Shown here piece after piece: positions 17,614 to 25,546 of a stretch of DNA of 64,000 bases. Both the position numbers and the translations under genes were made by a program. Source of the DNA: Candidatus Heimdallarchaeota archaeon (GTDB lineage Archaea; Asgardarchaeota; Heimdallarchaeia; Heimdallarchaeales; Heimdallarchaeaceae); the NCBI GenBank assembly GCA_018238545.1, contig JABCTC010000014.1, positions 1 to 64,000 of the forward strand. Reading direction: 5' to 3'. How positions within the stretch are numbered: the first letter of the stretch is position 1; each line of letters opens with the position of its first letter. The notes below the pieces were generated by a model. That model had not been told where the DNA came from. It worked only from the letters and a program-made list of their open reading frames with translations, and searched no databases.

Positions 17614-18456
17614 ATGACGGATTCTAATTCAGAAATAATGATATCAGCATATGCAATTGCTAAGATACTAGAGGTAGATGCTCTAGATACTTCAAAAGAA
17701 TCTGCTGGTGTTCTCTTAGGTTATTTTGATGAAGAAACACAGAAGCTAATAATAACTGATTTTGATACTGGAAAACAAAGACAAACATCAACCTTTGTCG
17801 TTTTAGATGATGAAGCTCTTGTTCAGATTGTTACAGATTTGCAGAAAAGAGATAAGAAAGAAACAATTGTTGGCTGGGCACATACGCATCCTTCATATGG
17901 TTGTTTCCTCTCTGGTACAGACAAGGGAACTCAAAGAATCTATCAAAATCTCTTCTCAAAAGCAGTAGCTTTAGTGATTGATCCTTCAAAATATTATCAG
18001 TCTCAAAAGAGTTCTGATTTAGAAATTCAGTTCTTTAGGTTAATAGATGATATAGATTACAAAGCAATACCTTATCATCTATATTTTGATGAACACACCA
18101 TACACATTTCTAACTTAGCCAAGGTTGACCTCAAATGGGAATTGCCAAAACTAAGAAAAGAAGAGGTTCTACTTCTACATAAGAAGTTGGAAACGATTGT
18201 GACTCCGTCTTTAATTGAACAAGATAAGAAATTACTTCATGGACTTGTTGATATACTCAGCGAATCTCATGAAATTCTTTCAGAAGTTGGCGAAGAGAAA
18301 GAAATTCTTGAAACTATTGATAAAAAACTACACTCAATAAACGAGAATGTTACCCGAATTTACAATGAGGAAACAAATAACATCTATTCAATAATGAATG
18401 TAGTAGCTGTAATTGTATTAACTATATCTTGGTTTTTAATTGCTTACTTTGTGTAA
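17614..18456 (+). CDS. JAMM/MPN+ metalloprotease (Rpn11/AMSH-like) with C-terminal coiled coil and TM anchor
   Basis: KESAGVLLG (catalytic E), VGWAHTHPSYGCFLSGTD (HxHx7Sx2D), AVALVIDP. Ends IMNVVAVIVLTISWFLIAYFV*. Confidence 0.85.
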   Translation: MTDSNSEIMISAYAIAKILEVDALDTSKESAGVLLGYFDEETQKLIITDFDTGKQRQTSTFVVLDDEALVQIVTDLQKRDKKETIVGWAHTHPSYGCFLSGTDKGTQRIYQNLFSKAVALVIDPSKYYQSQKSSDLEIQFFRLIDDIDYKAIPYHLYFDEHTIHISNLAKVDLKWELPKLRKEEVLLLHKKLETIVTPSLIEQDKKLLHGLVDILSESHEILSEVGEEKEILETIDKKLHSINENVTRIYNEETNNIYSIMNVVAVIVLTISWFLIAYFV

Positions 18457-18528
18457 TTTATTGAATATATTTCTAATCTTTCTTCAATTGATAGAAGGAT
18501 TTTTCTAATCGAAATTTTAACTTGTTTC

Positions 18529-19344
18529 ATGCCTAACATTGAAATTATTGCAATTCCATCCCACAAAATAATTGAGGAGACTGATGATTTGTTTGATATA
18601 TTAGTGGAATCAATGCAATCAAAATCAATAGTTTTTCAAGAAAATGATGTTTTAATTGTTGCTAGTAAAGTTGTTTCTGTAACTGAGGGAAGAGTGGTGA
18701 GTTTTGCTACAGTTTCTCCATCTCAGCTTGCAAAAAATCTTGCTGAACAAATGCATACTGCTGATGAATTCACTCAAATTATACTTAATGAGTGTGAAAA
18801 TAATTATATTGGTGTTGTCCCAGGAGCTTTAACTACCATTAACAAGTATGGCTTATTAGCAAATGCTGGTGCAGACCAATCCAATGTCAAAAAAAATGAA
18901 GTCATAGTTCTTCCTGTAAATAGCAAGAAATCGGCACGTAGTCTTAACTCAAAAATATTTGAGGCAACTCAACAAAAGGTTGGTGTAATAATTGCTGACT
19001 CCAGAACAATGCCAATGAGATTAGGCACTGTTGGCACTGCTTTGGCAACATATGGATTCAGATCAATAATTGATGAAAGAGGAAAGAGTGATCTATTTGG
19101 GCGACCAATGCACATTACTTCAAGGGCAATTGCAGACCAACTTGCTACAGCAGCTGAAATAGTAATGGGTGAAACAGATGAAAAAACACCTTTCGTAATT
19201 ATCCGAAATTACCCCCTGATTCTTATATCTGAAGAAGATGAAAAGGACATAAATGAGTTGATCCCAGCTGATCTATGCATGTTTCTCGGACCACTCATGT
19301 CGTGCATTAAAGAGAAAATAGAAGGAGAAAAGTATAATGATTAA
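18529..19344 (+). CDS. cofE: CofE-family gamma-glutamyl ligase (F420-0:L-glutamate ligase-like)
   Basis: VASKVVSVTEGR, ANAGADQSN, VIIADS, DLFGR, ADQLA, MGETDEKTP. Confidence 0.85.
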   Translation: MPNIEIIAIPSHKIIEETDDLFDILVESMQSKSIVFQENDVLIVASKVVSVTEGRVVSFATVSPSQLAKNLAEQMHTADEFTQIILNECENNYIGVVPGALTTINKYGLLANAGADQSNVKKNEVIVLPVNSKKSARSLNSKIFEATQQKVGVIIADSRTMPMRLGTVGTALATYGFRSIIDERGKSDLFGRPMHITSRAIADQLATAAEIVMGETDEKTPFVIIRNYPLILISEEDEKDINELIPADLCMFLGPLMSCIKEKIEGEKYND

Positions 19345-20188
19345 TGGATTTCTCGGAAATCTCCAAATTGGTGATAACTATCCAACTAGAATAATAGGGA
19401 TTGTAAATTTATCAGAAACTTCATTTTTTAAAGGTTCAATAGCTTCTTCTCAAAATGAATTGCAAATCTCGATTGAGAAAATGATTGAAGATGGAGCAAG
19501 TGGAATCGATATAGGCGCTCAATCTACACGACCAATTCAAATCTATGGCGGCAAAGGTCGACTCAATGAGAATCAAGAGCTAGAAATTATTAAAGAAGCA
19601 GTTAAAGCATCTCTAGATGTTCTGAGTAGTTACGATAAAATAGTGCTATCAGTTGATACAACAAGAATATCTGTAGCAGAACATTCTCTTAAAGCAGGTG
19701 TTAAGGTAATAAACGATATTTCAGGTTTTAAGAAAGAGAAAGAAATAGCGAAATGCATTGCTGAATTTGATGCTAGTGTTGTTTTGATGGCAGCTAAATC
19801 TGAACCTGGTGACGTGTATGAAATTAACGATATTTTACACGAGCTACGGACGAGTCTCTCCATTGGTGTTAGAGCTGGAATTGAAAAGCAAAATATGTTA
19901 GTGGATCCTGGAATTGGAAGCTGGGAAGCTCGAGATTTTAAGCATGATTATTCAATAATTAAGAATCTAAAAGAATTTCGGAAATTAGAATCGCCTATTT
20001 ATGTTGGTATAAGTAGAAAAACGTCTATAGGGAAAATTCTTAATGATGCTCCACCTGAAGAACGGTTGTTTGGATCGTTAGGAGCTACTATTATAGCTAT
20101 TGTAAATGGAGCTCATGTCATTAGAACTCATGATGTCAGACCAACATTCGAAGCTGTTAAAGTTGCTGAGACAATCTTAAATTACTAA
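19337..20188 (+). CDS. folP: Dihydropteroate synthase
   Basis: IGIVNLSETSF, IDIGAQSTRP, SVDT, INDISG, VDPGIG, GISRKT, IRTHDV. Confidence 0.93.
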   Translation: MINGFLGNLQIGDNYPTRIIGIVNLSETSFFKGSIASSQNELQISIEKMIEDGASGIDIGAQSTRPIQIYGGKGRLNENQELEIIKEAVKASLDVLSSYDKIVLSVDTTRISVAEHSLKAGVKVINDISGFKKEKEIAKCIAEFDASVVLMAAKSEPGDVYEINDILHELRTSLSIGVRAGIEKQNMLVDPGIGSWEARDFKHDYSIIKNLKEFRKLESPIYVGISRKTSIGKILNDAPPEERLFGSLGATIIAIVNGAHVIRTHDVRPTFEAVKVAETILNY

Positions 20189-20195
20189 GTTATCG

Positions 20196-21299
20196 TTAGA
20201 TTGATGAATCATTGAAACTGTCTTTAAAGTAAACACCCTCATCAAATTCAGCTAACCATGTTGGTAATTTTAATCTCGTTTTTATCCTTTGAAGAATATC
20301 TGCTCCATTTTCTTCTACCAGGAAAACGACACATCCTCCTAACCCGGCACCAGTTAATTTTCCTCCTAATGCTCCCTCTTCTATACCCGTTTTTACGATT
20401 CTATCCAGTATTGGTAGAGATACTTTAATACCATCTCGGAGTGCATCTTGTTGTGAAGATAATAACTCTCCTAAATAATGGAGATCAGGTTTTATGCTCT
20501 GAAGTTCTCTTTCAGCAAGATCAGTATTTTCTCTAATTGATACTACTGCTCGAATGATACTAAATTCTTCATTCGAGAAATTTTTCTCATATTTTCCAAT
20601 ATCCTCTCTCTGGATGTTTTCTAGCTCTAAATTTGTCATTTTTTTAATTTTTTGAACAACATTTTTTATTTTGGTAACTTTGGAACCATGCACATCACTT
20701 GTTAGTTTGGGTGTGTTGCTATTTACTATAATGAGACCAGAATTAGGCTTATTTAAGTACTTAAGTTTAGGGGGATCTGTGCACGATAAACTGATAATTG
20801 ATCCGTATGCGCTGGAATATTGATCCATTTTTCCACAAGGTATTTTCATTACATTATGTTCCGCATTATATGCTAATTCTGCTATTTCATCATTTTTCAA
20901 GTTTAACTCAAGAATTCCTGCAAGATGTGAGATCCAACCAACCTGTAGTGCAGCAGAGCTAGAAAGACCACTTGCCACTGGTATGAGACTTTCAATTGTT
21001 GCACTAATCAAAGGTGTCTGTATGTCTTTGAAGTTTTGTTTAAGAGAAATAATCCCTGACTCCATGAATGATTTGAATGAATCGTTAGGGTTAGATAGTT
21101 TCTCAACTCTAGGAGAAACTCTAATAGATTTATTCAAATTCTTGCTTGATATTGTTATATACTCTTTATTGATTTTCGCAGAAATTATGTTCAATCGGAG
21201 GTTAATTGCTGCAGGAATTACTTTTTGAAGCAAATAATCTTGATGTTCTCCGTATAAACATACTCTCGCTGGTGCGGATGATAGGTACACTATTATCAT
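20196..21299 (-). CDS. GHMP kinase, galactokinase-like
   Basis: APARVCLYGEHQDY, PVASGLSSSAA, CGKMDQ, KLTGAGLGGC. Confidence 0.85.
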   Translation of the reverse strand: MIIVYLSSAPARVCLYGEHQDYLLQKVIPAAINLRLNIISAKINKEYITISSKNLNKSIRVSPRVEKLSNPNDSFKSFMESGIISLKQNFKDIQTPLISATIESLIPVASGLSSSAALQVGWISHLAGILELNLKNDEIAELAYNAEHNVMKIPCGKMDQYSSAYGSIISLSCTDPPKLKYLNKPNSGLIIVNSNTPKLTSDVHGSKVTKIKNVVQKIKKMTNLELENIQREDIGKYEKNFSNEEFSIIRAVVSIRENTDLAERELQSIKPDLHYLGELLSSQQDALRDGIKVSLPILDRIVKTGIEEGALGGKLTGAGLGGCVVFLVEENGADILQRIKTRLKLPTWLAEFDEGVYFKDSFNDSSI

Positions 21300-21474
21300 C
21301 TTCCAATAATCCTCTGTCCTAATAATTCTTTCTTGAAAAATTAATTTGTGTGTAGGTCACCACTTGGATTTCTCGTTTCCGTTGTAACAAAGTATTTAAG
21401 GAAAAATTACTGTATAAAGCGTGGGAATAAATTTCAAACAGCAGAGGTCATTTCCTTCAATTTGGTGTTAGAAT

Positions 21475-22716
21475 ATGAATTTATTAGAAAGAATATTCAA
21501 AATTTCACAATACCTTAAAGACGGAAACTATAATGTTCAAGACCAAGAGTTTCAAAAAGACCCTTGGACAATGGAGTATTTACCTGAGTTATTTATTTCT
21601 TCTGAACAAGTTAACAGTCAGATTGCGCATTTAATTCAACATTTAACTGGTGGGAATGCCATGTGCTCAATTGTCGGTGGGCAAAAATCTGGTAAATCAT
21701 ATCTGATGAACATATTATATGATGGTCTGAGAGAAGATTTATGGAAATATACGAAGTATAGCAAAGTACATGTTTTGTTATTTAATCCTGATAATTTGAA
21801 GGAATGTTCTCGTACAAATTACTATATGGCAATTGCGGATCAAGTGTTATCAAGGCATTTCACTTCATATGAAGAAGTGATTGTGGAGTTAAAGAGATAT
21901 TTAGAAGGCAATAATGTTCTTCTAGTAGTTATGCTAGACAACTTCCAAACTGACAATCTTTCTTCTATCATAAAAAATACCGCATTACTTCTAAAACCTC
22001 TGAAGAATCATTTCTCTTGTGTTTTATCAAATCAAATCTACGAAGTTAAACTTTGTATTGAAAGTTTAGATAAAGGAGGAATGAAGCATTTCTCATATAC
22101 AATTAGGATTCCTGAAGTTCTTTCACTAGAAGAAACTAAGTTATTGATTCAGAAACGCATATCATATGCTTTGAATCAAATTATTGTGAACGCAACTGAC
22201 TTTTTCTCTGAAAGGGCAATAGAAGCTGCATGGATAGAATCTCAAGGAAAACCTTGGCAGTTAATCTCATTATTAGAAGATTCATATACTTATTCCAGGA
22301 ATCAAGAATCAACAATTGTTTCCCATGATGATGTGCTTACTGTAGCTAAACTATTTGATAGGTCAACAAATCAAGCGGGTGTTGAAGATCACGATACTTT
22401 TGCTATTCAACAAGCTTTGAACAATTTCCCCTATCGAGAAAGACAAGTTTGCCAGTATCTTATGCAAAAGGATGCTAGCGCTAAAGAAATAACAATTTAT
22501 CTATATGGCGAGCTTCCTTCTAATGAGTACAGGAGCAAATATATGGGAACTAAGAGTTTCTTAAAACGACTTAAAGATAAAAATGTAGTAGTGGTCAAAA
22601 AACAAACTGGGAGATCGTTGATATTTGGTTTAAACCCAAAGATGAAGGCTATGTTCTCTCAAGGAACTGATAAAAGAGATTCATCTTTAACAATAGAAAG
22701 TAAAATGGAAACTTAA
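21475..22716 (+). CDS. Divergent AAA+ ATPase with C-terminal winged helix (Cdc6/Orc1-like architecture)
   Basis: EYLPELF N-motif, GGQKSGKS Walker A, VVMLDN Walker B, SQGKPWQL lid, C-terminal RERQV..LKRLKDKNVV wHTH pattern. Confidence 0.6.
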   Translation: MNLLERIFKISQYLKDGNYNVQDQEFQKDPWTMEYLPELFISSEQVNSQIAHLIQHLTGGNAMCSIVGGQKSGKSYLMNILYDGLREDLWKYTKYSKVHVLLFNPDNLKECSRTNYYMAIADQVLSRHFTSYEEVIVELKRYLEGNNVLLVVMLDNFQTDNLSSIIKNTALLLKPLKNHFSCVLSNQIYEVKLCIESLDKGGMKHFSYTIRIPEVLSLEETKLLIQKRISYALNQIIVNATDFFSERAIEAAWIESQGKPWQLISLLEDSYTYSRNQESTIVSHDDVLTVAKLFDRSTNQAGVEDHDTFAIQQALNNFPYRERQVCQYLMQKDASAKEITIYLYGELPSNEYRSKYMGTKSFLKRLKDKNVVVVKKQTGRSLIFGLNPKMKAMFSQGTDKRDSSLTIESKMET

Positions 22717-22738
22717 AAAAGGAAAAAAGGGAGAAAAA

Positions 22739-23872
22739 CTATTTTTTGGCTATTAATTTGATTATTGTTATGATCTTGAAAATCACATATGCTAATAATA
22801 GATTTATTAACAGAAGGTTGGTGAATTCAGTAAATATTGGGAACCAAGTTGCTGATTCTAGATAGAAATAACCACCTTCAAAGAGATTCTGCAGAGGATA
22901 ACTATAAGCGCATATTATTAGAAATGGAACAAGATTCAGTATAAAGAATGGTCCTTCAAAGTTATATCGTATTTTACCTGATGTTCCTTCAGCTCTTTGA
23001 TAAGTGATAAAGGCCAAACCTATTCCAATTCCAAATCCTACTATTGGTAATATGTATAACCCATTCAGACCTGTAATAGCCATAAAACTACCATTTGGGA
23101 CTTTCGAAAACATTTCGTTGAGAAATTGAGTGTTTGTTTCTCCAAAGATAGAAACTGCTGTAGCATAATCAAATATAGTATTTGATAAAACTATAAATGC
23201 AAGAGCTCCTATAATGCTTAATAATATTATAATTTGACCAATGATCTCGAATTTCTTACCATTCAATTGTTTTGTAACGATTTTTCTTGAAATAATAATG
23301 AATATAATCATGAATATCAATGAAAAAACAGCTACAATAGTATCCCAAACTGGAACATTATTTATAAATTCTCCAAATGATATTCTTACTGAATTATTAT
23401 GAAAATCAGTTTGAGCTTCTTGAAGAGATAAGAATATACTTACTCCCGATCCAATAAATCCTTGAAGACCGAAAACTATTCCTATTAATAGTAACCCAGT
23501 TCTTCCAGTCATCTCAATTGATGCAAAGAATCCTGCGAAGAAGGCTGTTACAATAAATATGATAAGAAGTGCAGCCAATCCTAATTCAACTGTTTCATAT
23601 GGGTTGTAGAATGACAATACTGCCGCAGCACCTATAAGAATAGAAGCAACAACATTTTTTGCCATAGCACATGAAACAAAAATAATTGCCAAAGTGAAAG
23701 TTATTGTAATTGGAGTGATCCAGTTCCACAAAGTTTCTGCTTGTAGAATTCCCAACCATGGAAGAAGGAATTCAGTTACTGCAACCAAACCTGCTCCGAA
23801 AAACGTTGATAGTAAGGCTCTAAGCGAGAAAAATTGTCCTAGATGAAAGTATTTTACGTTTGTCATATACAT
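22739..23872 (-). CDS. Polytopic membrane protein, unknown function
   Basis: About 10 hydrophobic segments. Confidence 0.7.
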   Translation of the reverse strand: MYMTNVKYFHLGQFFSLRALLSTFFGAGLVAVTEFLLPWLGILQAETLWNWITPITITFTLAIIFVSCAMAKNVVASILIGAAAVLSFYNPYETVELGLAALLIIFIVTAFFAGFFASIEMTGRTGLLLIGIVFGLQGFIGSGVSIFLSLQEAQTDFHNNSVRISFGEFINNVPVWDTIVAVFSLIFMIIFIIISRKIVTKQLNGKKFEIIGQIIILLSIIGALAFIVLSNTIFDYATAVSIFGETNTQFLNEMFSKVPNGSFMAITGLNGLYILPIVGFGIGIGLAFITYQRAEGTSGKIRYNFEGPFFILNLVPFLIICAYSYPLQNLFEGGYFYLESATWFPIFTEFTNLLLINLLLAYVIFKIITIIKLIAKK

Positions 23873-23959
23873 CGTACTCTCTGATATAATTTAACTAATA
23901 TTATGGATATTAAGTCTTATGGGAAAAAAAAGCTTTTGGCTGTACCCAATCGAATACAG

Positions 23960-24334
23960 CTATTGAGGTTTCATTGAAATCATCGTACATCCAATGAACG
24001 TAATTAAACCAGATCCTGCTGCAATCATTATTGTCGCAATACTACTGATTGCGGGTTGAAGGGCTGCAAGATCATTTTGCCAAACAGCTAAGTATACTGT
24101 AAAAATTATCAGAGCTGCTATCATTAATCCTGTGAAAACAAGATATGCATTCTTTTCTTCAGATTTGAAGACTCTTGAAACTGATCCTAGCGAGAAACCA
24201 CCTAATATTCCTATACCTAGATAAAACAAAAGCCACCAGAACTGTGTAGTTAATTCAACGATGGTAATCGTAACACCTGCGATTCCTATGGCAACTAATA
24301 TTCCACCAATGAATGATATGGGTCTAGCACTCAT
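23960..24334 (-). CDS. Small 4-TM membrane protein
   Basis: Four hydrophobic segments. GGAGATGA SD upstream. Confidence 0.7.
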   Translation of the reverse strand: MSARPISFIGGILVAIGIAGVTITIVELTTQFWWLLFYLGIGILGGFSLGSVSRVFKSEEKNAYLVFTGLMIAALIIFTVYLAVWQNDLAALQPAISSIATIMIAAGSGLITFIGCTMISMKPQ

Positions 24335-24448
24335 TAAATCATCTCCAGTATTTTATCTCCAAGTTTATTATATTAATATTTCTAAATCATTTGTGAATAC
24401 AAATTTACTTTATTAGTTTCAAACCTTTCTTAATAATAGAAAGAACAG

Positions 24449-25186
24449 CTATTCTTTAGACAAATCCTCGATAATTGTTCCATCATTCATTACAAGCTGT
24501 CTTTGAGCTAAAATTGCTTGGTCATTAGAGTGAGTAACATAAATTAGCGTTTTTTTATGTTCTTTGCTTAAGTCTATTAGAAGATCAAGGATTCTCTTAC
24601 CTGTACTTGAATCAAGATTCCCTGTCGGTTCATCCGCAAGTATTATCTCTGGATCATTTGCCAGAGCCCGTGCAATTGCAACTCGTTGTTGCTCTCCTCC
24701 GCTCAATTGGTCGGGTTTGTGATTTCTCCGTTCCAACAACCCTACAGCGCCAAGCAACTCTTCTACTCTTATTTTTCGCTCTTCTTTAGGTTTTTTTGAT
24801 AGAATCAATGGAATTTCTATATTCTTTTCTGCGTTTAATTCTTCTAACAAATTGAAATTTTGAAAAACATATCCAATTGTTTCTCTTCGTACAAAGCTTA
24901 ATTCCCTATCACTTAATTTGTTAAGCTCTTGACCATCAACTGTAATGGTTCCTGAATCTAAGTAATCTAAAGCCCCAATTAGGTTTAGTAATGTTGTTTT
25001 GCCTGATCCCGAAGGACCAACTATGGATACTATCTCACCTCTATGTATTGACACTGTAACGCTATCTAGCGCTTTGACCATCACTTCACCTAGAGAATAC
25101 TTCTTCGAAACATCTATGATATTTATGAAGTTCTTTTTTGTTTTTCTCTTAGTTTTCCTTGCAGTGCTCGTAGATTCTTGAGACAT
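24449..25186 (-). CDS. ABC transporter ATP-binding protein (LolD/MacB type)
   Basis: [43 protein letters not shown]. Confidence 0.95.
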   Translation of the reverse strand: MSQESTSTARKTKRKTKKNFINIIDVSKKYSLGEVMVKALDSVTVSIHRGEIVSIVGPSGSGKTTLLNLIGALDYLDSGTITVDGQELNKLSDRELSFVRRETIGYVFQNFNLLEELNAEKNIEIPLILSKKPKEERKIRVEELLGAVGLLERRNHKPDQLSGGEQQRVAIARALANDPEIILADEPTGNLDSSTGKRILDLLIDLSKEHKKTLIYVTHSNDQAILAQRQLVMNDGTIIEDLSKE

Positions 25187-25208
25187 TATTTTCTACTCTC
25201 TCAAAATA

Positions 25209-25532
25209 TTATTTGTAGTTGTCGATTGTAGAAAACCTCTCTCTCATGGTTTCCATTTCTTTTATCCAAGCTTCTTCTAGGTTAATATCGTGAAGTATGC
25301 ATAATTGCAAAAAGAGAGTGAAAACCTGCGCAAATTCTCTAGATAATCCTTGATTATCTGGTTTTTGGTGACCTTGTTCCTCAGTTTTATATCCTGAAGC
25401 AAAAATCAGATGTTTTCCTATCTCTCCTAGTTCTTCTACTAAATGAATGAAAACGTCGTTGGGGGAAAATTTTAACCAATTACGTTCTTCTAAAAAATTT
25501 TTCAAAGTGTTAATTATCTCATCTAATTCCAT
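25209..25532 (-). CDS. MazG-like nucleotide pyrophosphohydrolase
   Basis: FLEERNW, HLVEELGE, REFAQ (canonical ELAD), INLEEA. Confidence 0.75.
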   Translation of the reverse strand: MELDEIINTLKNFLEERNWLKFSPNDVFIHLVEELGEIGKHLIFASGYKTEEQGHQKPDNQGLSREFAQVFTLFLQLCILHDINLEEAWIKEMETMRERFSTIDNYK

Positions 25533-25546
25533 TAAACATCACGTTC

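Noticed and set aside
21300-21474. Possible replication origin (ORB elements) upstream of the Cdc6-like gene
   Set aside because: Only vague matches (CCACTTGGA, GTTTCCGTTGTAAC). There are no repeated ORBs or G-strings and the region is short.
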